In this document: positions 18,083-27,037 of the stretch, one piece after another
How the letters are laid out: each line of letters opens with the position of its first letter
Position numbering within the stretch: the stretch's first letter is position 1
Source: a virus
Lineage: Duplodnaviria > Heunggongvirae > Uroviricota > Caudoviricetes
Length of the DNA: 39,584 nucleotides
Reading direction: 5' to 3' (one strand)
Virus record (IMG/VR): IMGVR_UViG_2585427708_000019
The notes under the pieces: generated by a model
Told to the model about the DNA's origin: nothing
The model's database searches: none
What the model saw: the letters and a program-made list of their open reading frames with translations, nothing else
Translations under genes and position numbers: made by a program

Positions 18083-18556
18083 ATGTCATCCATCGATGCA
18101 GCCGTGGTGGTGGACGTTGCGCGTCTCCAGCGGGTCTTTGCCCGGCTTCAGTTTGTGGGTGGTGGAAAAGACCTGGCCCGCAGTGTGGCGTCCAGCCTTC
18201 TGTCATCGTCAGAAATGGCGTTTGAACAGGAAAAAGAGCCGGACGGCGAACGCTGGCATGACTGGTCAGATCCTTACCGCAAGTGGCGTACCCGTAAGGG
18301 AAACATGCCCGGCAAAATCCTGACGCTGAACGGCGATCTGGCCCGACGCCTGACCACGGATTATGGCGATACCTGGGCGCTGATTGGATCAAATGAGCCT
18401 TATGCGGCCATTCATCAGTGGGGTGGCCTGCCAGGTATGCCGCCTGGACCGGCGGCCATTGGTGCACGTCCGTATATGGGTTTTGATCAGGTGGCAGAGC
18501 AGGAGATCATGGACGAAATCAGAAAACGCTTTAAAAAGGCCACAGAAAGGCCTTAA
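18083..18556 (+). CDS. Virion morphogenesis protein (Mu G-like)
   Basis: 157 aa with strong AAGGAGG RBS; position between the F-like gene and the protease/scaffold gene. Confidence 0.75.
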   Translation: MSSIDAAVVVDVARLQRVFARLQFVGGGKDLARSVASSLLSSSEMAFEQEKEPDGERWHDWSDPYRKWRTRKGNMPGKILTLNGDLARRLTTDYGDTWALIGSNEPYAAIHQWGGLPGMPPGPAAIGARPYMGFDQVAEQEIMDEIRKRFKKATERP

Positions 18557-18732
18557 TTGTTTAAGGTATGCAAATGCATTACCTTACCCCCTTCAGGCGC
18601 GTGTCGTGATTTTCTAACCTGTATTTAACGGGCTTTAAAATCTGCGTGAAGCGCCTTTGTATTTTTCCCCTGGAAGCACTTCCTGAAATCCCGCAAAACC
18701 CGCCCTGAAAATTCCCGGCCTATGCTGCCGGA

Positions 18733-19857
18733 ATGAAGACGAAAAACACGCCCAAACTTGCTTATGCCATTCTGAATGCCATCAGCCTGTCCGCAGACGG
18801 GGACGGTGACTGGTGTCAGATCATGCCAGCCGGTCGGGTAAAGGCCCGTGACGGTCGCCCGGAAAAACCGGCGGAAGGCTGGCTGATCAACCATGCAGCC
18901 GTTGAGCGCATGGTCTCCCGTGTTGTGGCGCTCAATCAGCCGGTGAAAATTGACTACAACCACCAGACCCTGATTGAGGGACATCCGGCACCGGCTGCCG
19001 GTTTTGTGATGGCCTCACCGGAGAATTTTCGCTTCAGTGAAGAGCGAGGTTTCGAGGTGCGCCCGAAGTGGAACCCTCCGGCCCTTGAACATCTGCGTAA
19101 TAACGAATTCCCCTGGTTTTCACCGGTGATTGGCTATGACGAGAGCACCGGCGAACCTGTCGAACTTCGGATGCTGGCTATTACCGGTGACCCCGGTCTG
19201 ACCGGCATGAATCCTGTCGCCGCACTGTCGGCGGATGACCTTTATAACGCCTTAAACCCTCCTTTAAAGGATACCTCCATGAATGAGCAATTACGCCAGT
19301 TGCTGACGGCGCTCGGTCTGACCGTGGCTGACGGTGACGAATTTACGCCGGAGCTGGGCACGGCGGCGCTGTCTGCCCTCACCGGGATCAAAACCCGTGC
19401 GGATGCACACGACAACCTGAAAACACAGGTCGCCAGTCTGTCGGCAGAGCTGGAAACCGCAAAAGGCACACCGGCTGGCGGCATTATTGATCTGACGAAA
19501 TACGTGCCCGTTGAAACGTATAACGCCCTGCGTACCGAATACGTTGCGCTGTCGGCGCAGCACGGCAGCACCACGCTGGAGCAGGTGCTGGACAAGGCTG
19601 AATCCGAAGGGCGCATCTTCAAAAGCGAACGCGGCTATCTGGAACAACTGGGCGGGCAGATTGGCGTTGCGGCACTTTCTGCACAGCTTGACGCCCGCCA
19701 GCCGGTTGCGGCCCTGACCTCTCTTCAGACCGACACCGTGACCGTGCCGGATAAAAAGACTGCCACCGCTGCGCTGTCGGCTGAAGATATCGCGGCCGCC
19801 AAACTGCTGGGTAAAACCGAAGCCGAGTTCCTGAAAATGAAAGAGGAAATGCAATAA
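18733..19857 (+). CDS. Prohead protease / scaffold (Mu I-like)
   Basis: 374 aa directly upstream of the major head gene; Ala/Leu-rich helical C-terminal half; size matches Mu I. Confidence 0.75.
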   Translation: MKTKNTPKLAYAILNAISLSADGDGDWCQIMPAGRVKARDGRPEKPAEGWLINHAAVERMVSRVVALNQPVKIDYNHQTLIEGHPAPAAGFVMASPENFRFSEERGFEVRPKWNPPALEHLRNNEFPWFSPVIGYDESTGEPVELRMLAITGDPGLTGMNPVAALSADDLYNALNPPLKDTSMNEQLRQLLTALGLTVADGDEFTPELGTAALSALTGIKTRADAHDNLKTQVASLSAELETAKGTPAGGIIDLTKYVPVETYNALRTEYVALSAQHGSTTLEQVLDKAESEGRIFKSERGYLEQLGGQIGVAALSAQLDARQPVAALTSLQTDTVTVPDKKTATAALSAEDIAAAKLLGKTEAEFLKMKEEMQ

Positions 19858-20804
19858 TGCCTACCCCGATTACACCGGCGATGATCACAGCCCTGATGAC
19901 GGGCTACCGTTCTGATTTTCAGGCCGGGATGTCCATGGCCCCGTCGCAGTATAAAAAAATTGCGATGACCGTGCCCTCCACATCGAAATCCAACACCTAC
20001 GGCTGGCTGGGGCAGTTCCCGCAGTTCCGTGAGTGGATCGGCTCCCGCGTCATCGAGAAGATGAAAGCCTATGGCTATGCCATCGTGAACAAAACTTTTG
20101 AAGGCACTGTCGCCATTAGCCGCGATGACTTCGAAGACGACAACCTCGGTATTTATTCCCCGTTGTTCCAGGAGATGGGGCGCGCTGCGGCGGTACAACC
20201 GGATGAGCTGGTCTTTGCTGCCCTGCGTGACGGGATCAGTGCGGCCTGCTATGACGGTCAGAACTTCTTTGATACCGAACATCCGGTTTACCCCAAAGTG
20301 GATGGCTCCGGGGATGCGCAGATGGTCAGCAATATGTTTGTGGCAAAAACCGGCTCTGTCGGCGCACAGGCTGATTACAGCGGTCCGGCCTGGTATCTGC
20401 TTGACTGCTCCCGCGCGGTAAAACCGCTGATTTATCAGGATCGCCGTAAGGCTGAACTGGTTGCCCAGACCAAAGTCGATGAAGGTCGCGCATTCACCGA
20501 TAACGAATTTGTGTTTGGTGCATCCGCCCGTCGCAATGTGGGCTACGGCTTCTGGCAGATGGCCTACATGATGCAGTCACCGCTGACGCTGGATGCACTG
20601 TGGCACGGCTGGTCAGCCATGCGCGAATTTACCGCTGACGGTGGCCGCAAACTCGGCATTAAACCCACCCATATTGTTGTCCCCACCTCGCTGGAAAAAC
20701 AGGCGGTGCAGCTGCTGGAGCGTGAACTGTTCGCAGACGGAAACGCAACCGTCTCTAACGAGATGAAGGGTAAGCTGGAGCTGGTTGTCGCGGATTATCT
20801 GTAA
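19857..20804 (+). CDS. Major head (capsid) protein (Mu T-like)
   Basis: 315 aa; ATG overlaps the upstream stop; AGAGGA RBS; size and position match Mu T. Confidence 0.8.
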   Translation: MPTPITPAMITALMTGYRSDFQAGMSMAPSQYKKIAMTVPSTSKSNTYGWLGQFPQFREWIGSRVIEKMKAYGYAIVNKTFEGTVAISRDDFEDDNLGIYSPLFQEMGRAAAVQPDELVFAALRDGISAACYDGQNFFDTEHPVYPKVDGSGDAQMVSNMFVAKTGSVGAQADYSGPAWYLLDCSRAVKPLIYQDRRKAELVAQTKVDEGRAFTDNEFVFGASARRNVGYGFWQMAYMMQSPLTLDALWHGWSAMREFTADGGRKLGIKPTHIVVPTSLEKQAVQLLERELFADGNATVSNEMKGKLELVVADYL

Positions 20805-20811
20805 ACGGTGA

Positions 20812-20830
20812 GCCGGGCTTACGGCCCGGC
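20812..20830 (+). other. GC-rich stem-loop just after the major head gene
   Basis: GCCGGGC-ttacg-GCCCGGC, 7-bp perfect stem, no U-tract. Confidence 0.4.
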
Positions 20831-20847
20831 CCCTGCGGAGGGCAAAT

Positions 20848-21252
20848 ATGAATGAACATCACACTGTGGCAGCAACAGATGATTCAGGTCTTCAGGTCAG
20901 TGGTGACAATTCTGTCACGGTGCTGGCAGAAGTGCGTTGCAGTCGTTCGGCGTTTCGTCGTGCGGGGTTCCTGTTCACGCGTGGACGTCAGCAGGTTGAG
21001 GTCACCCCGGAGCAGCTTGCCCGACTGGAGGAGGAGCCATGCCTCACTGTGCGAATACTACAGACGTCTGCTGATGATGCGGGGAGCGTGGCGGGTGTGG
21101 TTCATGCAGTGGCCGGTACAGATTTAGCCGAAGCCGAAGCCGAAGCCGAAGCCGAAGCCGAAGCCGAAGCCGAAGCCGAAGCCGAAGCCGAAGCCGGACA
21201 GGATGCTCCCCGGAAAAAGACCGGTAACAAAGCGGAACAGGCCCGTGCATGA
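20848..21252 (+). CDS. Head-module protein with C-terminal (Ala-Glu)n repeat
   Basis: 134 aa; GGAGGG RBS; C-terminus ...TDLAEAEAEAEAEAEAEAEAEAEAEAGQDAPRKK encoded by a perfect hexanucleotide array. Confidence 0.6.
   Translation: MNEHHTVAATDDSGLQVSGDNSVTVLAEVRCSRSAFRRAGFLFTRGRQQVEVTPEQLARLEEEPCLTVRILQTSADDAGSVAGVVHAVAGTDLAEAEAEAEAEAEAEAEAEAEAEAGQDAPRKKTGNKAEQARA
21127..21192 (+). repeat. (GCCGAA)11 perfect tandem hexanucleotide repeat within a CDS
   Basis: Eleven perfect GCCGAA copies plus a degenerate twelfth (GCCGGA); in-frame, encoding alternating Ala-Glu. Confidence 0.95.
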
Positions 21253-21668
21253 ATTACGCCACTGAAACCGATATGCGGGCGCGTTACCGCGAGGATTTGC
21301 TCAGGCCGTTACTGGCTGTGCCCCGTTCGGATGAGCCGGACACGCGCAAGCTGAACCGGGCGCTGACAGATGCGTCAGCCCTTATCGACAGCTATCTGTC
21401 CGCCCGTTACACGTTGCCGCTGGAGGTTATTCCGGCCGTTCTTGTTCAGCACTGTTGCGCGATTGCCTTTTATTACCTGTGCGATCAGCGAGCCTCCGAT
21501 CAGGCGCGTGACCGTTACCGTGAAGCGCTGGCCTGGCTGAAAGATGTCATGAACGGCAATGTGCCGGTCGGTGTGGATACGAACGGTGCGGCCCCTGAAT
21601 CCGGGGATTTACCACAGGTTCAGTCTGATGCAGCGGTATTCGGGCGCAACCAGAAGGGCTTCATATGA
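21249..21668 (+). CDS. Head-tail joining protein (Mu gp36-like)
   Basis: 139 aa, translationally coupled; position after the head genes. Confidence 0.6.
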   Translation: MNYATETDMRARYREDLLRPLLAVPRSDEPDTRKLNRALTDASALIDSYLSARYTLPLEVIPAVLVQHCCAIAFYYLCDQRASDQARDRYREALAWLKDVMNGNVPVGVDTNGAAPESGDLPQVQSDAAVFGRNQKGFI

Positions 21669-22225
21669 TTACGGAAACCGAACAGGCATACATCGCCCGT
21701 ATCCGTGAGTATTTCGGGAATGAACTGGTGTCTGTTGACACGCATCCCGGCGACTGGAGCGACAGCGTACTGCGCACCATGCTGATTAACGCCCCGGCGA
21801 TCTACGTTGCCTGGCTGGGTGCCGGTGAAGGCCGTACCCGTGGTCGCCTGGTCAGTCACTGGGTGTTCTACGTCATCGGCGACATGCTCAACGGGCGTGA
21901 GGCCAGCCGTCCCGGACTGTATCAGATTGTGGCCCGGCTGATTGCCGTGCTTAACGGCTTCAGAACAGAAAAAACCTCACCGCTTTACTTTGAAAAGGCG
22001 GTCAACGGTTACACCGAAACCCAGGCGGACAGTGGTGCGGTGATGTATGCGCTTTATTTCTCCTGCGAGGAAATGATCGCACCGCTGACCGATACCAGCT
22101 CGCTGGACGACTTCCTGCGTCATTACGAAACCTTTGTGGAGCCGCCCGGTACGCCGCCGTTTGAGGCACATATTGATTTGCCGGGGAACACGACAACGGC
22201 GGTCGAACCGCCGGAGGAACTGTAA
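21665..22225 (+). CDS. Head-tail module protein (Mu gp37-like)
   Basis: 186 aa, overlapping start/stop with neighbours. Confidence 0.6.
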   Translation: MITETEQAYIARIREYFGNELVSVDTHPGDWSDSVLRTMLINAPAIYVAWLGAGEGRTRGRLVSHWVFYVIGDMLNGREASRPGLYQIVARLIAVLNGFRTEKTSPLYFEKAVNGYTETQADSGAVMYALYFSCEEMIAPLTDTSSLDDFLRHYETFVEPPGTPPFEAHIDLPGNTTTAVEPPEEL

Positions 22226-22471
22226 ATGAAAACCATCTTTATCAAACCCGCGCCGGGACGCCTGATTCGTGATCCCGACACAATGCGCCCGCTGGCACAG
22301 GAGGGGGAGGAAAAGCCCTTTACGCCGTTCTGGTGTCGGCGTCTTGATGACGGCGATGTCATTCAGGCTGAAAAAGCCGCTGAAGAGGCTCCGGCTGTAT
22401 CTGCGGATGCAACGACTGCGACAGAAAAACCGGTCGCCCAACCGGCATCCGATAAGGAGAAACCGCAATGA
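22226..22471 (+). CDS. Small tail-module protein (Mu gp38-like)
   Basis: 81 aa immediately upstream of the sheath gene. Confidence 0.55.
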   Translation: MKTIFIKPAPGRLIRDPDTMRPLAQEGEEKPFTPFWCRRLDDGDVIQAEKAAEEAPAVSADATTATEKPVAQPASDKEKPQ

Positions 22472-23970
22472 TTAATTTTGACGGGATCGGTAATGACCGC
22501 CGTATACCGCTGATTGAGGTTGAGTTTAATAACTCCATGGCTGTCACCGGCACTCCGGCACAGCGTCAGTGTGTGCTGCTGTTTGGTCAGGCGAGAATGA
22601 AAGAGAATGCCGTGGACGGTGCCGGTGTTCTGGATGTTCCGGTCAGGATCACCCGTGCGTCTCAGGCAACAGAACTCTGGGGGCGCGGCTCCATGATTGC
22701 CCTGATGGTGGCGGAATTTATCGCCATCAATCCTGATGCTGAACTGTATGCCATTGCTCAGGGGAACGGCACCGGACAGGCAACGGCTGCGGCCATGAAT
22801 CTGACCGGAACGGTCACCCGTGACGGGATTGTTTATGCCTGCGTGGGGGGGCGGCGTTATACACTCCCGGCACCAAAAGGTAAGAAAGGCAAAGAACTGA
22901 CCGACGAGCTGGCCGCGCTGATCAATGCCGATCCTGACGCGCCCTTCACGGCCTCCTCTGGTGCAGGAAGTGGTGATAATGGCGCAGGTCTGAAAGGGTC
23001 TCTGGGGATCACCGCCCGCTTTACCGGTGAATGCTCCGTTCATGATGTGCGCCTGAACTATCACGACGGGGAAGCAACCCCGGAAGGAATACAGGTCGCT
23101 ATAGCCTATCCGAAACAAAAAGCGGCTAACCCGGATATCACCCGAAGCGTGGCGGGTATGGGCGATCGCCAGTACAACTATGTCGTCATGCCCTATAAGG
23201 ATGATGCAAACCTGAAAATCATCAGTGATGAGCTTCTGAAACGCTGGGGACCGGCCAAAATGTCTGACGGCGTGCTGTGGCTGGCACATACCGGCACGTT
23301 TGGTGAGGTGCAGGCATTCGGGGCAAAACGCAATGATTTTCTGGCGACCTGCACATCCATTCCCAAAGCCCCTGAACCGGATTACCTCTGGGCAGCGGCG
23401 GTCTGTGCCACCTGTGCACCCTCTCTGGGAGCAGATCCTGCGCGTCCGCTTCAGACGCTGGCGCTTCCGTCACGCATGGCCCCGGCTCCGGCCGATCGTC
23501 TGACGCGTGAAGAGCGTAACAGTCTGCTGTGGGGAGGGATTGCCACGGTCAGTGTGGCTGCCGGTGATGTGGTTCAGATCGAACGTCAGGTGACCATGTA
23601 TCGCCAGAACGTGTACGGCGAAAGTGATCCCAGCTATCTGGATGTGGAAACCATCTACACCCTCTCCTGGCTGCGTTATTCCCTGCGTACTTTTATCACA
23701 CAACGTTTTCCGCGCCATAAACTGGCTGATGACGGGACGCCCGTTCGTGCCGGTCAGAATATCGTGACGCCGGAGATCATGAAGCTTCAGTTAATTTCGC
23801 TGGGTGAAGAGTGGGTGGAACTCGGGCTGGTCGAAAATCTGGACACCTTTAAAAAGAATCTGCTTGTGGAGCGTAATGCGTCAGATCGAAACCGTCTTGA
23901 CGTGTTATGCACGCCGGATCTGGTTAACCAGTTCCGCTTCCTGGCAGCACAGATCCGTTTCATTTTGTGA
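22468..23970 (+). CDS. Contractile tail sheath protein (Mu L-like)
   Basis: 500 aa followed by a tube gene; size matches Mu L. Confidence 0.8.
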   Translation: MINFDGIGNDRRIPLIEVEFNNSMAVTGTPAQRQCVLLFGQARMKENAVDGAGVLDVPVRITRASQATELWGRGSMIALMVAEFIAINPDAELYAIAQGNGTGQATAAAMNLTGTVTRDGIVYACVGGRRYTLPAPKGKKGKELTDELAALINADPDAPFTASSGAGSGDNGAGLKGSLGITARFTGECSVHDVRLNYHDGEATPEGIQVAIAYPKQKAANPDITRSVAGMGDRQYNYVVMPYKDDANLKIISDELLKRWGPAKMSDGVLWLAHTGTFGEVQAFGAKRNDFLATCTSIPKAPEPDYLWAAAVCATCAPSLGADPARPLQTLALPSRMAPAPADRLTREERNSLLWGGIATVSVAAGDVVQIERQVTMYRQNVYGESDPSYLDVETIYTLSWLRYSLRTFITQRFPRHKLADDGTPVRAGQNIVTPEIMKLQLISLGEEWVELGLVENLDTFKKNLLVERNASDRNRLDVLCTPDLVNQFRFLAAQIRFIL

Positions 23971-23978
23971 GGTAAGGC

Positions 23979-24344
23979 ATGAGCGGAAAACAGTATCAGG
24001 GTACGGCCACTATCCGTGTGAACGGTCAGGAATACGAGACGCTTGAGGGGGCTACATTTTCTCCGTCTGGTTTTGAACGTGAAGTGGTGAAAGGCGCGAA
24101 AGTCTATGGTTACCGCCAGAAACCACGTGAAGCGACGCTGGACTGCAAATTTCCGGCAGGCGGAGAAGGTTCACCAGCCGCCGATGAAATCAACAACTGG
24201 ACTGCGGTCACTATCGAGTTTGTGGCGGATACCGGCGAAGTCCACATGATGACGAAGGCCTGGAGCAGTGAACCGGCCTCGCTTGACGGTGGCGGGGAGA
24301 TCTCCGTGAAGTTCGCCAGCGCCTCCAGTACCCGTGTTCAGTGA
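23979..24344 (+). CDS. Tail tube protein (Mu M-like)
   Basis: 121 aa directly after the sheath gene. Confidence 0.75.
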   Translation: MSGKQYQGTATIRVNGQEYETLEGATFSPSGFEREVVKGAKVYGYRQKPREATLDCKFPAGGEGSPAADEINNWTAVTIEFVADTGEVHMMTKAWSSEPASLDGGGEISVKFASASSTRVQ

Positions 24345-24835
24345 TCAGGAAAAATAAAATGACCACACGTAAGAAAAAAACGGCAGTTTCCGAGGCAGCC
24401 GTGATGGAGGCAATCCGGGAAGCACTTGAGGGGGCTGATCCACGCACTGCCGGGCTGACAGAGCAACTGGCAAAGGGATATGTGGATCTGCTTGATGGTC
24501 TGCCGTTTGGTGAGACCCGTGAATATCGTGTCACGTTCCGGGAACTGACAGCGAAAGACAGTATTGACGCAGAAGCAGAAGCCGAGCGCGTGGTGGAGAC
24601 AAACAATGGCCCGATGCTGATAGCGTCTCCGTCGTTACGCGGTGTTGCACTGCTGCGCCGTCAGATTGCCGCAGTGGGAGACATTGAAGGTCCGTTGTCA
24701 CCCCGTCAGATTGGACAGTTAAGCGAGCGCGATCTCTCCCGCCTGATGGCAGCGGTCAGCCTGCTGGATACCGCGCTTGCCGGAAAGCTGGCAGCTGACC
24801 GGGGGCGATCAGGCGCAGTGTCGGGATCAGATTGA
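24341..24835 (+). CDS. Tail assembly chaperone-like protein (Mu gp41-like)
   Basis: 164 aa between the tube and tape-measure genes. Confidence 0.55.
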   Translation: MIRKNKMTTRKKKTAVSEAAVMEAIREALEGADPRTAGLTEQLAKGYVDLLDGLPFGETREYRVTFRELTAKDSIDAEAEAERVVETNNGPMLIASPSLRGVALLRRQIAAVGDIEGPLSPRQIGQLSERDLSRLMAAVSLLDTALAGKLAADRGRSGAVSGSD

Positions 24836-24961
24836 AGAAGCGGCAATTATCCTGGGGATGGTGACAAAAAGCGGTCCGGAATGGGCGCTTAACCTCCCCC
24901 TGTCGCAACTTTACCGGCACTGCCGACAGACAGAAAAAATCATCAGAACGAAGCAGTAAGT

Positions 24962-27037
24962 ATGGCCCGAAATCTCAGAGCATCTCTGATAGTTGATTTG
25001 CTCGGCAATATCTCAGCCAAATCCCGCCAGTGGTCACAGGAGCTGGGGGCATTCTCACGCTCCGGCCAGGCGGGGCTGGGTGGCCTGGGAAATGCTGCCC
25101 GCCGTGCCGGGCAGGAAACAGATGTACTCGGAAGCAGGATGCAGCGCACGCTGGCCGGGGTGCGGGGCAGTATCCGCCATGTCACTTCTGATTTTGACCG
25201 TCTTCAGGGCAGTATTACCGGCACCATCGGGCGGATCAGCAATCTTTACGGAATGCTGGCCGGTGGTGCTGCTGTATATGGCTTTAACCGGGGATTTATT
25301 CGCCCGGCAGCGGAGATGGAAACCTATATGATTCGCCTGAACTCCCTTTACAAAGGGGATCGGGCGAAAACTGATGATGTCCGCAGGTGGGCAATACAGA
25401 ATGCGAAGGAAACCACCTGGGGGCTGGCTGGCGTCATGCAGGAATATACGTCCAGTCTGGGCTTTGGTATGAGTGACAGGGAGGCCCGAAATTTTGTCAC
25501 CATGCTTCAGGATCAGGGTGCCGTGGGCGGCTGGTCACTGTCCGATGCACAGGGGGCATCCCTGCAACTGAAACAGATGTATGCAAGAGGCAGTATTCAG
25601 GCGGCGGATGCAAATATTCTTGCCACCTACGGCATTAATGCCTACCGCGTGCTGGCTGATCGTCTGGGTGTGGACCAGAAAGTGGTCAGAAAACTTGGTG
25701 AAAAAGGGCTGCTTGGGCCGGACAGTATTCGCCTGTTATTTCAGACGCTGGCGGAACAGGCCAGGGGAGCACAAAAGGACGCAATGAATTCCTGGAGTGG
25801 CCTGACGGCCATGATGGGTGACGTCTGGGACCAGTTTGCCCGGGATGTGATGGACAGTGGGCCATTTGAAAAACTGAAGGGTAATCTCAGGGGATTTCTT
25901 TCATGGGTTGACAGTGCCAAATCTGATGGCAGTTACCATTCCCTGGCGGAAAGCACGGCATCAGCCATGAACCAGGGCTTTGAGTATGCCCGTGATGCAG
26001 TGACTGGGTTTTATCAGGCGATCAGAAAGGTACGCGACACGCTTCAGGCTCTGCGGGATGCGGGCTATGGTGATGCGCTGGATCGCATTGGTCAGGGGGC
26101 ACAGACCGCCGCGAAATACCTGCTGTACATGTATCTCGCCACCCGTGCCCTGAAAATGGCGCGGGCTGTCGGAACGGGGATTATACGTCCGGGTGCTGCA
26201 TTGCTGGGATACGGATTATCAGCGGCGGCCTTCCTGACCTCACCTTTCCGGCGCTCTCCTCCGGCCGGAACACCACCAGGCACATATCAGGGACGAGGGC
26301 AACGTTTTATAAACTTTCTTACCGGGGTAAATCCGGCAGCCGTTCAGCCAGTACTTGTAACAAACTGGCCCACAGGAGGACTGTCCGGCACCGGCGCGAC
26401 CGATACATCCTCAGGCGGACGTCAGGGGCGGGGCCGCAGGAAACGCGGACCGGGGCGCGGAAGACCGGTCACGCCTCCCCTGCCACCGTCCCCAGTGCCA
26501 CCGTCTCCCTCTTCTGGTGGGGCAGGGTTCTGGGGGCGCATGATGGGGCGCGCCGGTGGGTTACTTTCGTCTGTCGGTAGCCGCATGGGGCTGGGGCGTT
26601 TCTCCGGCTTTTTCCGCAGTGCCGGTGGACTGGCCGGCCGGCTGGGTGGAGGTGCCCTGTGGGCTGGCGCGATGGCAGCCCCGGTTCTGCTGGATGGCAG
26701 CGCCAGTGCCACAGACAAGGGAGAAGCGGTCGGCTCTCTTGCAGGCAGTATTGCCGGTGGTGCGCTGGGGGCGGCAGCCGGACCTGTGGGGATTGCCATT
26801 GGTTCTACGGTGGGCAGCTATCTCGGTAACTATCTGGGGGGATGGCTGACTGAAGCCTGGCAGAAATTACGGGGCAGTGATGATGAAAGCAGTGGACAGG
26901 CGGTACAAAAAGCCTCTGCCCGTGTGGAGCTGGTTGCCCCGGAAGGGTGGCAGGCTCGCAGTATTGATATTGATGACACGTCCGGTCACGGACTGGATGT
27001 GAATGTCTGGAACGGAGGGAATTATGGCCTCTGGTGA
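24962..27037 (+). CDS. Tail tape measure protein
   Basis: 691 aa, largest tail gene, after the chaperone; Gly/Arg/Pro-rich low-complexity segment. Confidence 0.8.
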   Translation: MARNLRASLIVDLLGNISAKSRQWSQELGAFSRSGQAGLGGLGNAARRAGQETDVLGSRMQRTLAGVRGSIRHVTSDFDRLQGSITGTIGRISNLYGMLAGGAAVYGFNRGFIRPAAEMETYMIRLNSLYKGDRAKTDDVRRWAIQNAKETTWGLAGVMQEYTSSLGFGMSDREARNFVTMLQDQGAVGGWSLSDAQGASLQLKQMYARGSIQAADANILATYGINAYRVLADRLGVDQKVVRKLGEKGLLGPDSIRLLFQTLAEQARGAQKDAMNSWSGLTAMMGDVWDQFARDVMDSGPFEKLKGNLRGFLSWVDSAKSDGSYHSLAESTASAMNQGFEYARDAVTGFYQAIRKVRDTLQALRDAGYGDALDRIGQGAQTAAKYLLYMYLATRALKMARAVGTGIIRPGAALLGYGLSAAAFLTSPFRRSPPAGTPPGTYQGRGQRFINFLTGVNPAAVQPVLVTNWPTGGLSGTGATDTSSGGRQGRGRRKRGPGRGRPVTPPLPPSPVPPSPSSGGAGFWGRMMGRAGGLLSSVGSRMGLGRFSGFFRSAGGLAGRLGGGALWAGAMAAPVLLDGSASATDKGEAVGSLAGSIAGGALGAAAGPVGIAIGSTVGSYLGNYLGGWLTEAWQKLRGSDDESSGQAVQKASARVELVAPEGWQARSIDIDDTSGHGLDVNVWNGGNYGLW

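Noticed and set aside
21127-21192. Possible CRISPR array (regular short repeats)
   Set aside because: Unit is only 6 bp with no spacers and is in-frame coding sequence; it is a simple tandem repeat, not a CRISPR.
22363-23289. 308-aa minus-strand ORF antisense to the tail sheath gene (similar antisense ORFs at 12730-13323, 15039-15638, 19291-19854, 19725-20282, 28792-29595, 26422-26799)
   Set aside because: Lie entirely inside well-supported plus-strand structural genes in GC-rich sequence, with biased low-complexity composition and no RBS; typical spurious antisense ORFs.
24777-24959. Programmed frameshift fusing the tail chaperone ORF (24341-24835) to the overlapping 60-aa ORF
   Set aside because: The downstream ORF is in the +1 frame rather than -1 relative to the chaperone, and no canonical slippery heptamer was seen in the overlap; could be a separate small gene or spurious.
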